A stretch of DNA of 64,000 nucleotides from Candidatus Woesearchaeota archaeon (lineage in GTDB: Archaea; Nanobdellota; Nanobdellia; Woesearchaeales; ARS49). The notes beneath the pieces are model-generated. The model was not told the origin of the DNA and made no database searches. It worked only from the letters and a program-made list of their open reading frames with translations. The stretch is taken from NCBI GenBank assembly GCA_019322895.1, contig JAHWHZ010000001.1, positions 74,220 to 138,219 on the forward strand, given 5' to 3'. Below, piece by piece: positions 39,432 to 49,234 of this stretch. The stretch's first letter is position 1; each line of letters begins with the position of its first letter. The position numbers were made by a program, and so were the translations under genes.

Positions 39432-40181
39432 GTGCAGATGGAAGCAAAAGAACTCATAGAGCTGGGATTAACCAAAAACCAGGCAGCAGTCTATATTGCC
39501 CTGGTCAAGAAACCAGAGCAAACTGCAGGGCAATTAGCCAAAAAACTGGCAATAGACAGGTCATTTGTATATGGAATTCTAGGAAGCTTGATTGATAAAG
39601 GCCTGGCAGGACACATAACTAAGGAGAACAAAAAAATATTCCATGCTTTAGATCCTGAAAATCTAGTTAAAGAGATAGAAGAAAAAAGAGCAAAAGCACT
39701 AAAGACAATTGAAAAATTAAAGCAATTAAAAAAATTAACCAAAGAAGAAATAATTGTTAAAGTATATGAGGGAAAAGCAGGACTTAAATCATACATAAGA
39801 GATTTCTTAGAAAGCGATATTTTTCATACACTAGGCGGAGGAGGGCAATTAAGCATTCTTGAAGCACTAAAATATGAATACCCCCATTATTTGAAAGAAT
39901 TATCAAAGAAAAAAATGAAAGGGCAGATACTAACATCTTCTAAAAATATACCCAAACTGAAAAAATTATTCAAAAAAACGCAGGTAGAATTAAGAACACT
40001 TGAAAATATCGAAAGCCAGGCCAATTTCACGATATTCAAGAACAAATTAGCAATCTATTCTGCAGAAGAAAAGCCATTTGTCATAATAATAGAAGATAAA
40101 ACAATCACAAATGCCTTGAAAAATTATTTTGATGTTCTATGGCAGATTGCTAAAAACGTCCCAGCTATTTCTCAATCTTAA
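39432..40181 (+). CDS. TrmB-family transcriptional regulator
   Basis: N-terminal LGLTKNQAAVYIALVKKPEQTAGQLAKKLAIDRSFVYGILGSLIDKGL. Confidence 0.65.
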   Translation: MQMEAKELIELGLTKNQAAVYIALVKKPEQTAGQLAKKLAIDRSFVYGILGSLIDKGLAGHITKENKKIFHALDPENLVKEIEEKRAKALKTIEKLKQLKKLTKEEIIVKVYEGKAGLKSYIRDFLESDIFHTLGGGGQLSILEALKYEYPHYLKELSKKKMKGQILTSSKNIPKLKKLFKKTQVELRTLENIESQANFTIFKNKLAIYSAEEKPFVIIIEDKTITNALKNYFDVLWQIAKNVPAISQS

Positions 40182-40194
40182 AAGCAACGCTCTA

Positions 40195-40638
40195 TTATTC
40201 TTGATACAAAGCACGAACAGCGTCATCTACAGATAATATTGCAGATTTTACTTCCTCAATGTTACTGTCATCAAACGGCCCAACCAGCTCTATGTTTGTT
40301 TCATCAGCATCCAATCCAAATTGAGTGTCCTTAAATTGTTGTGATAACTGGGTTGTTATTTCTGAGCGTTGCATATATTCGCATTTTGCAGGAAGGTTTG
40401 CGCTAAAAGAAAATCTCCCTTTTTGGTAGGTTTCTTGATCAAACTCCAGTTGTAGGTCCAGATTGCCGCATTTTGAGTTTATAACAGTCTCTGGACATTT
40501 ATCTGGGCCAGAATAGCGTCTTTCATAAGTTCCATTTAAGTAATGTTCGCGCGTGAACAAAGCTAAAGCAATATCATCGCTTATTCTGCTAAAATTTTTT
40601 AATTTTTCTGATTCATCCATTTTATCTCCCCCAACCAA
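40195..40638 (-). CDS. Hypothetical protein
   Basis: ORF only. Confidence 0.3.
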   Translation of the reverse strand: MVGGDKMDESEKLKNFSRISDDIALALFTREHYLNGTYERRYSGPDKCPETVINSKCGNLDLQLEFDQETYQKGRFSFSANLPAKCEYMQRSEITTQLSQQFKDTQFGLDADETNIELVGPFDDSNIEEVKSAILSVDDAVRALYQE

Positions 40639-40897
40639 ATATTTTCAATATAAACAAGCAATAGAATATAAATGTTACGCCCCAGCTGGGCATTAAGGAA
40701 AACCCTTAAATTATTGTTTTAGATTATACACGGCCAACACGATAACAGCTATTAAGGGTGGAAGCACCCAATAAAGCCAGCCTCCTGGCCAGCCCAACTT
40801 ATAACTTCCGAAAGCACACACATATAAAAATATTGTTATTAAAAACCAATAAATCGTTTGTTTAAGCCAATATTTAAGTTTATTATTCATCGCTCTG

Positions 40898-41104
40898 TCA
40901 ATTTCCCGCAGTTCTGTCTACATCAGCACCTTGTTTTATTCTTCGTTGTTTTCTTAATCTTGTCAGATACCTTACGCCATTAGGCAAATAAAATTCATAC
41001 CTGTCAGGGAATTCTTTTTTGACACAATTACACTTTACACAGATCTCTTTTGTGCGAGATATTCTTTTTCTAAGGTGTATACAGTTACTTGGCCGAATAA
41101 TCAT
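40898..41104 (-). CDS. Small Cys-containing zinc-binding protein
   Basis: 68 aa with Cys residues spaced as CxxxxC / CxC plus His. Confidence 0.25.
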   Translation of the reverse strand: MIIRPSNCIHLRKRISRTKEICVKCNCVKKEFPDRYEFYLPNGVRYLTRLRKQRRIKQGADVDRTAGN

Positions 41105-41158
41105 TTTTTACTTACATTAGCTTTTGGAGTATTTAAATTTTTTTAATTTAAACATGGT

Positions 41159-41713
41159 TTAAGATAGTATTTTTTCTATTTGGTCTTTTAACTGATGCAG
41201 TTCTTGAACTAATTCAGGAGTTGGCTTGTTGATTTTAGCTAGTTCTTGCCTGAACTCCCTTACTGTATTGGCTATTTTGTCTGCTTGTCCAGTGTCCAGT
41301 GCTTTTTTACCGGGATTCCCGGCATTTTTCTTTGTCTTTAAATCTTTGTTTAACTGCCTGACGCTGGTTTTTTGTGCTTTAATAATAAGCCTGTTTTGTT
41401 CTTTTGGATCTTGGTTCAGTATTAGTAATAGTTTGGCTATGCCTAATTGTTCTATTTTCAGTTTTTGTTCTGGATTTCGTAACATTGATTTTACTTTATT
41501 ATAGATTCTTATCATGTTATACGCGTGTTGTCTTGTGAAGCTGAATCCTTCTTTTTCCAGGTATTGTTCAAAGCTGTTGTATTTTGCTTTGTAGGCCTTT
41601 GTTTTTTGAATCATGCTCAGGGCTTTGCCTATGTCAAGAAAGCTTGTTAGAATGGCTTTTTCAAGCTCTTTTATGCATTGTGTGGCTTGGTTTAGATTGT
41701 TTTGGAATGTCAT
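41159..41713 (-). CDS. Hypothetical protein (element 2)
   Basis: ORF only. Confidence 0.3.
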   Translation of the reverse strand: MTFQNNLNQATQCIKELEKAILTSFLDIGKALSMIQKTKAYKAKYNSFEQYLEKEGFSFTRQHAYNMIRIYNKVKSMLRNPEQKLKIEQLGIAKLLLILNQDPKEQNRLIIKAQKTSVRQLNKDLKTKKNAGNPGKKALDTGQADKIANTVREFRQELAKINKPTPELVQELHQLKDQIEKILS

Positions 41714-41781
41714 TTTTTATCACCTGTTTTTAAAATTTTTTTTTGGGGGTTGGATTGAAGAAAGAAAAAAAAAGTTTTTTT

Positions 41782-42033
41782 TTAGAGCCCGATTAGTTCA
41801 ACCGCTTCTTTGAACGTTTTCTGCCAGTCTGCTGTTTTTGTTTCTAGTAATTTGTTTATTAAAGCTGTCCGATTGTTTAGTTTACAGCATTTGACCATGT
41901 CGTTATCTTGACTTTCATTACTATTTTTTGGGGTTTTGCTTTTTTTCCAGCAGTCAATGCAGAGTTTTTGGTTTTGGAATTTAGGCTGGAATTCTGCTTT
42001 GCATTGCTCGCAAGTGCGGGGGTTTCCTACCAT
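41782..42033 (-). CDS. Zn-finger protein (CxxC...CxxC)
   Basis: CEQC...CIDCWKK. Confidence 0.3.
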   Translation of the reverse strand: MVGNPRTCEQCKAEFQPKFQNQKLCIDCWKKSKTPKNSNESQDNDMVKCCKLNNRTALINKLLETKTADWQKTFKEAVELIGL

Positions 42034-42499
42034 TATATTTCACCCCCGTATAGAACTAGCTGACCGCTTACTATTTGTAGTTGGCCTGTGCTTATCATTT
42101 CTGCAAGCAAAACTTTTATATGCTTGCGTGTTTTTTCCTCTTTTGAGGACTTCATTTGTTCGCGCATTTGGGGTTCCTCCAAGGGCTGGGACTTTGGTCC
42201 TGGCCTTTTTTTATTTTATTTTTTTAGTTTGTTTCTTTTTGTTTTTTTTGCCAGTTGCTGTTTTTGCAGTGCGGGCATAGTTTTGGTAATGTTTGGTTTC
42301 TGGTGTTCCATTGGTGTTGGCATTTTTCGCATTTGCATTGCCAGTGGATTGTTTGTTTCTTACTCATTTTACCTATGATAAGTAAGGGTGGTATTTAAAT
42401 CTTTCTATAAAACTATATACTACAGAATACAAATCAAAAAGAAAAAAAACAGTTCCACGAGAAACACACCCCAAAAACGCATTTCCTATGGAAAAAAAA

Positions 42500-42952
42500 T
42501 TATTTTAAATCCTTCCCAAAATCATTGCTCAAAACCTTAACCAGCTTACAAACAAGCTGTTCCTCAGTCTGAACCTGCCGGTAACTCACAAGCTTCTTCA
42601 TACAATCAAATAAAGCAAAATTCACATCACATTGTTGCTTAAAATGCTGAGCCACAAGCACATGCACTAATTCGTGCAACAACACCTTACTCACGAACTC
42701 GCTCTGTTCAGGCAAAAAATCCAACAAATCCTTATGAACCTTAATCTCAGCCCTTAAATAATTACTCCAAGTCTGGACTTTAGCCGCGGTTTCGTTATCA
42801 AACTCCCAATCTTTAGAATAAAGAATTGTAATCTTCCAGTCAGTTAAGCCAAGTAATCTTTGTAAATCTTTAACTTTTTGTTCAACAAAAATTTTTTTTT
42901 GCGTGACACTACAAGATTTAACTATCTTCTTTCGGCCTGGTTTAGTTTTCAT
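42500..42952 (-). CDS. SprT-like / WLM-type zinc metalloprotease
   Basis: HExxH motif in LLHELVHVLVAQHF; 150 aa. Confidence 0.4.
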   Translation of the reverse strand: MKTKPGRKKIVKSCSVTQKKIFVEQKVKDLQRLLGLTDWKITILYSKDWEFDNETAAKVQTWSNYLRAEIKVHKDLLDFLPEQSEFVSKVLLHELVHVLVAQHFKQQCDVNFALFDCMKKLVSYRQVQTEEQLVCKLVKVLSNDFGKDLK

Positions 42953-43121
42953 TCCGATTTTTCAACCTTTTCAACCAATTCACAAACTAAAACATCCATA
43001 CTATCCGCATCAGATTCCGTGCTAAAACCATGCAAGTCGTATTCTTGCAATTCTTTAGCATACTTGGACTTTTCTAACAGTTCTTCAACTTCTTCCGAAC
43101 TCAACCTTATTTTTAATTCTT

Positions 43122-43460
43122 TCATGTTAGTTCCTCCTTAATCTTACAATATTTTTTGTATTCTTCAAAATATTTTTTTTTAGCTTGCTCAAGCCGTGCC
43201 CTATTATAAACCGAATTATCTTTACATTTACAATTTTGCTCTAAATCATGAAATAAGAAAACAAACTTGAACCGTTCAGCTTGCTCTTGTAAGTGGTCAG
43301 GTAAAAACTTGTATTCCAATTTTCCGGTTTGTTTAAGGCATGCTATTCTTAAAATAGTTTGAACAGCTTCCAAACTCTTCTTTTTTAGTTTAAAATCCAG
43401 CCAAGCCTCAGCCTCCACTTTATTTAAATCACATAAAAAATTTTTAAAACTTTCAATCAT
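43122..43460 (-). CDS. Hypothetical protein (element 2)
   Basis: ORF only. Confidence 0.25.
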   Translation of the reverse strand: MIESFKNFLCDLNKVEAEAWLDFKLKKKSLEAVQTILRIACLKQTGKLEYKFLPDHLQEQAERFKFVFLFHDLEQNCKCKDNSVYNRARLEQAKKKYFEEYKKYCKIKEELT

Positions 43461-43974
43461 CCTTTAAATCCCCCAAAATTTCTTTAATTTGATCATCAGA
43501 ACAAACCCTAAACAAACTCTTTTTCAGTTTTTCATAATTTTCCACGCTCACTCCAGAATCAAGCACGACATGCTCGCTTAACCTTTCTTTCCAACCATAC
43601 CTTTCTAAAACAGTAGTTAACTTATCAGCCAAGTAAGCCACTGTTTTAGCAGCTTTAAGCTGTACCATCACATCATTGCTAGTCAACATTGCTTGATCAC
43701 ATTTTCCAAGCGCGTTTTTCAAACTAGTCCATAAATGAACGCCTATTTCTTTAACATCGCCTGGCTCTAACTCTTGAATAATCGCTTTAATATCCTTTGA
43801 AACCATTTGTTGACTTACGCCAAACTTGTCTGCAAGGGCTTGTTGTGAACTTGCATAAAAGCCTACTTTGCTAATTATTTTTTTTATTTCTTCTCGTCTT
43901 TGTTTGACTGGCAGTTTAGGTCGTGTTAATTTTTTTTCCATTGTTCTACTACTTATACAACTTTGGTTAGGCAC
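43453..43974 (-). CDS. Hypothetical protein (element 2)
   Basis: ORF only; 8-nt overlap with the downstream gene. Confidence 0.25.
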   Translation of the reverse strand: MPNQSCISSRTMEKKLTRPKLPVKQRREEIKKIISKVGFYASSQQALADKFGVSQQMVSKDIKAIIQELEPGDVKEIGVHLWTSLKNALGKCDQAMLTSNDVMVQLKAAKTVAYLADKLTTVLERYGWKERLSEHVVLDSGVSVENYEKLKKSLFRVCSDDQIKEILGDLKDD

Positions 43975-43986
43975 TATGTAATTCGT

Positions 43987-44448
43987 TTAGTACGGGAGCT
44001 GTCTTGCCTGCCTGTACACACTTTTATCATTGTTGCTGAACGGCATTTTACAAAAAATTATTTTTTTTGCACGAATTTGGTTTTCAGAATGCTCTATTGT
44101 TTCTTGACATTTAGGACAAACTGCTTCTATTAAAGCTTGTCTGGTCATGTTTTCGTAGAGTTCTGTTATTACTGGCGTAATTTTTGTTCCACAAGTGGGG
44201 CATTGTATGACTAGTTCTATTTCGTGAAATATTTTTTTTTGTAATTGCCTTGCTTCTGCTATGATTTCACGTTTTTTCTTATCACTAATCTCTTTGTTTA
44301 GTTCTTGCACTTTTCTTTGCTCTTCCGCAATATTTGTATTTATGTTATCCCAAGCTTTTTTTTTCTTTTGAAGCTTTTCTAGCCTTTCTTCAGCTTCGTT
44401 TTTGATTCCCAACAAATCCATTATTTCTCCCATTATTAACACCTCCAA
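43987..44448 (-). CDS. Coiled-coil plus Zn-ribbon protein
   Basis: CPTCG...CPKC. Confidence 0.3.
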   Translation of the reverse strand: MEVLIMGEIMDLLGIKNEAEERLEKLQKKKKAWDNINTNIAEEQRKVQELNKEISDKKKREIIAEARQLQKKIFHEIELVIQCPTCGTKITPVITELYENMTRQALIEAVCPKCQETIEHSENQIRAKKIIFCKMPFSNNDKSVYRQARQLPY

Positions 44449-44469
44449 TGCTAAAAAAATTTTTTTATT

Positions 44470-44790
44470 TAGTTTTGTGTTGAAAAAAACCCTTTTTATG
44501 TGTATGAAACAGATAAAATAAAAAACTGATTTTCTTATTTCAAGTGTTTTTTCTCTTTTTCTGTAGTTTTATGTTGATAAAACTCTATTTTATGTGTATA
44601 AAATTGTTTGAATGAATTCTGAGATTGCTTTTTATGTTGTATTATAATTATAATATATAATATTATAAATATATATTTATAATATAATATAAAAGTCAAA
44701 AGATACTTCACTTTACAGCTTACTTGCGCACACAACAGTTTTATGTTGATAAAACCTTTTTTTATACACATAAAATTCATTATCGCTTCA
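44470..44790. repeat. Putative replication-origin/regulatory region: two copies of the inverted-repeat site GTTTTATGTTGATAAAAC, each followed by TTTTATGTGTATAAAAT-like sequence, flanking an AT-only palindromic tract
   Basis: 18-mer at 44563-44580 and 44738-44755; AT tract with palindromic ATAATATTAT/TATAAT units at about 44635-44700; no credible ORF. Confidence 0.45.
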
Positions 44791-45231
44791 CCCCCCACCT
44801 TTTAAAACAGACTTAACACCACCATTATTCCACCAACAATTTTTACAATATTGATACCGAAAATAATCAGTATCTTGATTTTGAATTTTGTTTCCGCAAA
44901 CCTTACAAAATAATTTTTTATTCTCAAGCTCTTCTTCTCGTTGCTGTTTTTCTTCTAATTCCTCTTTCGCTCTAGCCTCCTTTTCCTTCAACACAGAAAC
45001 TTTAACAGCTTTATCGGTTTGCAAACTCAATATTTGTCGGTCAATATTATCAATTTCCAGTTTCAACCTTTCTATACTGCAAGTTTGTTTGCCTATAATT
45101 TCAGCGAGAGCTTTGTTAAAAACGTCACTTCTATTCACTCCTAGTTTTTCGGCGGCTTCTAATAATTCAATATCCGCGCTAACTTGTGTTGGTTTTGATC
45201 CTCTGGGGTATTTTCTTGGTCGTCCGGTCAT
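44788..45231 (-). CDS. Putative DNA-binding protein (N-terminal RHH/CopG-like, coiled coil, C-terminal Zn finger)
   Basis: CKVCGN...CKNCW. Confidence 0.3.
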   Translation of the reverse strand: MTGRPRKYPRGSKPTQVSADIELLEAAEKLGVNRSDVFNKALAEIIGKQTCSIERLKLEIDNIDRQILSLQTDKAVKVSVLKEKEARAKEELEEKQQREEELENKKLFCKVCGNKIQNQDTDYFRYQYCKNCWWNNGGVKSVLKGGG

Positions 45232-45434
45232 GCTTCCACTCCGTTACTGTTATCTGGTGGTAGCCATTGAATTACGGCTTGTGTTTTTGGCACGGTATAA
45301 TGACTTTTGTATTCTCCTTTACCGTCTTTCAAAAAGATCTCCCACAATAACAAGACTTCTTTATTGCTTTTAACTATCGCATCCTCTTTGATGCTTTCTT
45401 CGCCGAACGTGAATGCCACTATTGCTTTTTTCAT
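45228..45434 (-). CDS. Hypothetical small protein
   Basis: Overlapping-start operon arrangement. Confidence 0.25.
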   Translation of the reverse strand: MKKAIVAFTFGEESIKEDAIVKSNKEVLLLWEIFLKDGKGEYKSHYTVPKTQAVIQWLPPDNSNGVEA

Positions 45435-45631
45435 TGTGGTACCTCTCCAAGAAATTCTTCTTCAGTGTCTGCAATATTTTTAAGATACCTCTTATTCAGA
45501 AAATGCGTTTTGTTTCGTGTGCGAAATTCAATAAAAAAGTCTGTTTCGCCAACAATAATTCCTAGCAGACTAACTAGTTTGCCTTCGGCTCCATAGAACT
45601 GAACCTTCTTACAATACCTTTTTTTATTCAT
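45431..45631 (-). CDS. Hypothetical small protein
   Basis: ORF only. Confidence 0.25.
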   Translation of the reverse strand: MNKKRYCKKVQFYGAEGKLVSLLGIIVGETDFFIEFRTRNKTHFLNKRYLKNIADTEEEFLGEVPQ

Positions 45632-45988
45632 TTTTTTGCCTCCATTTCACTTTCTGGTTTCAGAATTCAGTTCCTTGGCGCCATTCCAGCTTTTACGGTT
45701 GTTGTAATCCTGATTTTTTTAGCAATCTTTCAATAACGCAATAATATGGTTCGTGTTTGCATAATTTGAGTTTTTCAAGCCGGTTTTTCAAATCATGTGT
45801 GACCGCAACATGCGTTAAATCAATCGCCATAAGTATCCATAAGTCGCAACTAATATAAAAACACTAACTTTTTTACACGATAAAAAATAAATTTTTTTTG
45901 GGTTGGAGGTTGAAGAGGCAAAAGAATGATGAAGTAAAATTCTCTTGCCCCCAAATTTTTTAAAGATTTGAAACAACCCAAAAAAAAT

Positions 45989-46384
45989 TTATTCGCCACT
46001 TCCTTGAATCAGAGCAATCTCCCACGATACCGTATTTGGGTTTCCTTCCAAGTACCGCCACCGCACACTTTGAATTTTAACAGTATAATTAGAATTAGTA
46101 GTATCGCTATGGTATGTAGCACTGCTTTGACTTCCAGTAATTAACGCTTGCAAACAAGGATTTGATGCGTGGTAAATAAACTCTCTGCATTCAGTTTTCG
46201 TTCCAGTAAAAGTGCCACGAACAGTAAAAGTTGAGGTAGCGCCAAACATGTCAAACACTAAAGCATTGTCTGCACTGCTTGCCGGCATCGGAAAATGCAT
46301 CAATTGAGCGTCTAAAAATTGTTCTTCTTCGTTCAGTACGGTTAGCGATAACGCTCCACGATTGTTTGTTATACTATAAGCCAT
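45989..46384 (-). CDS. Thr/Ser/Asn-rich beta-strand protein, candidate structural (capsid or pilin-like) protein
   Basis: Composition and predicted beta-rich pattern. Confidence 0.25.
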   Translation of the reverse strand: MAYSITNNRGALSLTVLNEEEQFLDAQLMHFPMPASSADNALVFDMFGATSTFTVRGTFTGTKTECREFIYHASNPCLQALITGSQSSATYHSDTTNSNYTVKIQSVRWRYLEGNPNTVSWEIALIQGSGE

Positions 46385-46528
46385 TTATTTTTTACCCCTT
46401 AACTCTTTTCTTAAACTTTCTAGTTCATTGCTGATTTTGTATAAAAAATTATTAGACATTCTAACCTGATGAATTAACTCAGCTAATTTGGATTCCATTC
46501 TTTCGTTCATGCTCTGCTCCTCCTTAAT

Positions 46529-46876
46529 TTATGCATCGCGATAAATAATTTTTATTGTGGCCGTGCACGCGCCTCCTGTTTGTGAAAACATGATTTTAAG
46601 CCCGTCACTGCTTGTGCCAAAACAGTTTGTTGGTGTGTAAGCGTATGCCGTGCTCGTATCTGCATTTTCTGTTTTTTCAGGGTAGTCATTTGTTCCGTCA
46701 TTAAAAGTTATGGTGATGTTTCTGGATTGAGCCGTGCTAAACTTTATTAAGATTCTGCTGATTTCCCATGCTTTGCTGAAATTAGCGGTGTATGTTCTAT
46801 TGCTTGCTGTTCCGTTGGTTAAGTCTAGTGTGTTGCTTGTTTTTACTTCTGTTGTTCTTGTTATATTGACTTTCAT
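46529..46876 (-). CDS. Thr/Asn-rich beta-strand protein, candidate structural protein
   Basis: As above. Confidence 0.25.
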   Translation of the reverse strand: MKVNITRTTEVKTSNTLDLTNGTASNRTYTANFSKAWEISRILIKFSTAQSRNITITFNDGTNDYPEKTENADTSTAYAYTPTNCFGTSSDGLKIMFSQTGGACTATIKIIYRDA

Positions 46877-46880
46877 GATA

Positions 46881-47534
46881 CTAGTTTCCTGTGATTTTGT
46901 CTCCTTCGTATTTTTGCCTGATTTCGTTCAGGTTTTGCATTAGTTCAGTTAATCTACTAAAAATTATGCTTCTGGTTTGTTTAGAATGCCCTTCAGTATT
47001 TGGTAAATCAAAAGTGTCTAATAGCCATGTTTGAAAATGATCCAGTATTTGTATGTAGAACTTGAATTGTTCGTCTGAGAAAGTGCTTAATTGACTGTTT
47101 GTGGTTTCCAAAGCTTTCAATAATTTTTTTGCTTTATCATCTTTTTCCTCAGGAATGTTATAATAGCCGGATTTAATTTTCATCATTTCTTCAACTGACG
47201 GTTTGATTCGGCCTTCAAGTAAAAAATCTTTTTGCAATTGTTTTAGTTCTTTGTCTAATGCTGCTATTTCTGATTTTAAGCTTTCATCTCTTTTATTTTT
47301 TAGTCTTTGGCTTAAATTTCGCATTCTAACTATCATTCTTTGTAATCTTTTTGTGATGTAATTTTTTGCTTCGTCATGTAACTCGTTTGGATTTAGTTTT
47401 TCTAGTTCTTCCAGCCAGTTTTCAAAAGCATCACTGTTGTTCATGAAAGCTTGTAGTGTTCCGCTTTCGTCTGCTTGAGCAAGTTTTTGCACTATTAAAC
47501 TTTTTCTTAATTCATTAAAATTGTAAGAATTCAT
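46881..47534 (-). CDS. Coiled-coil protein
   Basis: Heptad repeats. Confidence 0.25.
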   Translation of the reverse strand: MNSYNFNELRKSLIVQKLAQADESGTLQAFMNNSDAFENWLEELEKLNPNELHDEAKNYITKRLQRMIVRMRNLSQRLKNKRDESLKSEIAALDKELKQLQKDFLLEGRIKPSVEEMMKIKSGYYNIPEEKDDKAKKLLKALETTNSQLSTFSDEQFKFYIQILDHFQTWLLDTFDLPNTEGHSKQTRSIIFSRLTELMQNLNEIRQKYEGDKITGN

Positions 47535-47761
47535 TTTTGTAACCCCTTTTTTTGTCTTGCTTCTACTTGTTTTTGAATGTTGATTCGCATCATTTCTTCA
47601 ATGCTGGGTTGTATCGTTTTCAGGCCTAGTTCTGATTGTATTGCTTTGCTGAGATTTAATAGTCTGTTGATGACTTTGTCCCAGCTTTCAAAACTTCCTT
47701 GTTTGAATTTTTCCAACTCGTTTTTTGTGTTTATTGATATTTGTATCGTAGTGTGTAACAT
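47531..47761 (-). CDS. Hypothetical small protein
   Basis: ORF only. Confidence 0.25.
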   Translation of the reverse strand: MLHTTIQISINTKNELEKFKQGSFESWDKVINRLLNLSKAIQSELGLKTIQPSIEEMMRINIQKQVEARQKKGLQK

Positions 47762-47950
47762 TGTTTTTTTTACCTCTAATTCTTTGTTAAGATTTTGTTA
47801 TATAAAAACCATAACTCAACTACAGCATAGTTATAACTAATATAAAAACACTAACTCTCAAAATTGCTGTGAGAAAATCAAGTTTTTGTATCGTCTAAGA
47901 ACACAGTAAAATTTAAATAAGAAAACAATTAAAAAAGAATAAAAAAAAAT

Positions 47951-48832
47951 TTATTTAAGCACAGCTCTCAACACATCTCTGAACTTTTCATTATTAGCAA
48001 TTTTTTGAGCTAATTCATCCAATTCATTACTCGGGTTATCCACACCTATAAAGTTTTCTTCAAGGTTTGGTGGCTTAATAGCTTCAATACCGCAATCCAT
48101 TCGGTCAGCAACTAATCTTTTAATATACCTATAAGTGCTGTTTACTTGCGAGTGTCCCATAAAATGTGCTGTTGTTAAAAGAACGTCTTGTATTCCTTTT
48201 TCCATACACGCCATTGCATACCATGTTGCTCTGCTTTTTCTGAAAGCATAAAGACTTAGTCTTTTAATGCTTCGGAGTTCTTTGTTTGGGCCTCCGTATC
48301 TTTTCATTACTTCGTCATTAACCCACGAATATCTTATCCTATTCGTGTTTATCATTTGTGTTCTTGTTCTCCATAAAAAGGATTCCCATCCGCTTACGCT
48401 CATTGGTTTTTTGTTGTTTCTGTTGCTTGGAAACAAGTACCCGTCTGCCATTGTGTGCCAGTTTTGGCGAATGTATTCTTCTAAATAATCTCTGAACCAT
48501 AACGGTATTAGTCTGGTTTTTTTCTTGATTATTCGCGTGATTATTTTGTTTCCTGCTTGGTCGGTTCGGATTGTTCTTTTGTATTTGGTTATCAGATTTG
48601 ATATTTTGGGTTGTGTTCTGTCTTCAAAATGTAGGTTTTCTATTTGTGCTCTTGTGCATTCTATTGGCCTGAACCCTGTTAGTCCCGCAAATAAAAAATA
48701 TGCTTGGTGTTTGCTAAATGGTTGTAGGTAGTTGATGAAGTCTTTGAATTGTTGGTATGTTAAGTACCTGTCATCATCTAAGTCTTTTAGTATGGTGACT
48801 TCTACAAGGTTTTGTCCAGTGTTTTGATTCAT
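47951..48832 (-). CDS. Tyrosine recombinase (short XerC/D-like integrase)
   Basis: R (TGFRPIE), HxxR-like FRKSRATW, HFMGHS, YRYI. Confidence 0.7.
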   Translation of the reverse strand: MNQNTGQNLVEVTILKDLDDDRYLTYQQFKDFINYLQPFSKHQAYFLFAGLTGFRPIECTRAQIENLHFEDRTQPKISNLITKYKRTIRTDQAGNKIITRIIKKKTRLIPLWFRDYLEEYIRQNWHTMADGYLFPSNRNNKKPMSVSGWESFLWRTRTQMINTNRIRYSWVNDEVMKRYGGPNKELRSIKRLSLYAFRKSRATWYAMACMEKGIQDVLLTTAHFMGHSQVNSTYRYIKRLVADRMDCGIEAIKPPNLEENFIGVDNPSNELDELAQKIANNEKFRDVLRAVLK

Positions 48833-49234
48833 TCTTTTTTTTCCTCCAAGTAAAGCGAATCTTAAAGAAAAAACTTTTATTTCTTGCCAGCTCTCTGAAG
48901 CTTTTTTCTTTTTGATTACTTTTTTTAGAGGATTTATTCACGTTTTTAAGGCATCACCTCACTTCTTTTTTTTAGCATTTGTTTGAATATACTGCGCTCA
49001 CACAGGAGCTTTCACAATTACTTATTTGCATTTTAGTTTCTCCAAATTCTGATTTAATTTCTTCAATTCAGCCAATATCAACGCTTGGCCTACCACGTCT
49101 ACACGCACGTCATTATTTTGCCGGGATTTAAGTATTAAATCAAGGCTTTGCTCAAAACCAGAATCAACAATGTTTTTACCCATTTTTTTCAGCACCTCAC
49201 TTTTTTTTATTGTTTTACGAGTATAAAAAACTTA

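Noticed and set aside
44560-44760. Possible CRISPR array
   Set aside because: Only two copies of the 18-bp repeat, separated by ~175 bp of AT-only sequence rather than unique spacers; no cas genes; interpreted as iterons.
44535-44798. 87-aa ORF in the AT-rich region
   Set aside because: Lies entirely within an iteron/AT-palindrome tract; translation is poly-Ile/Tyr/Lys; more plausibly a non-coding origin.
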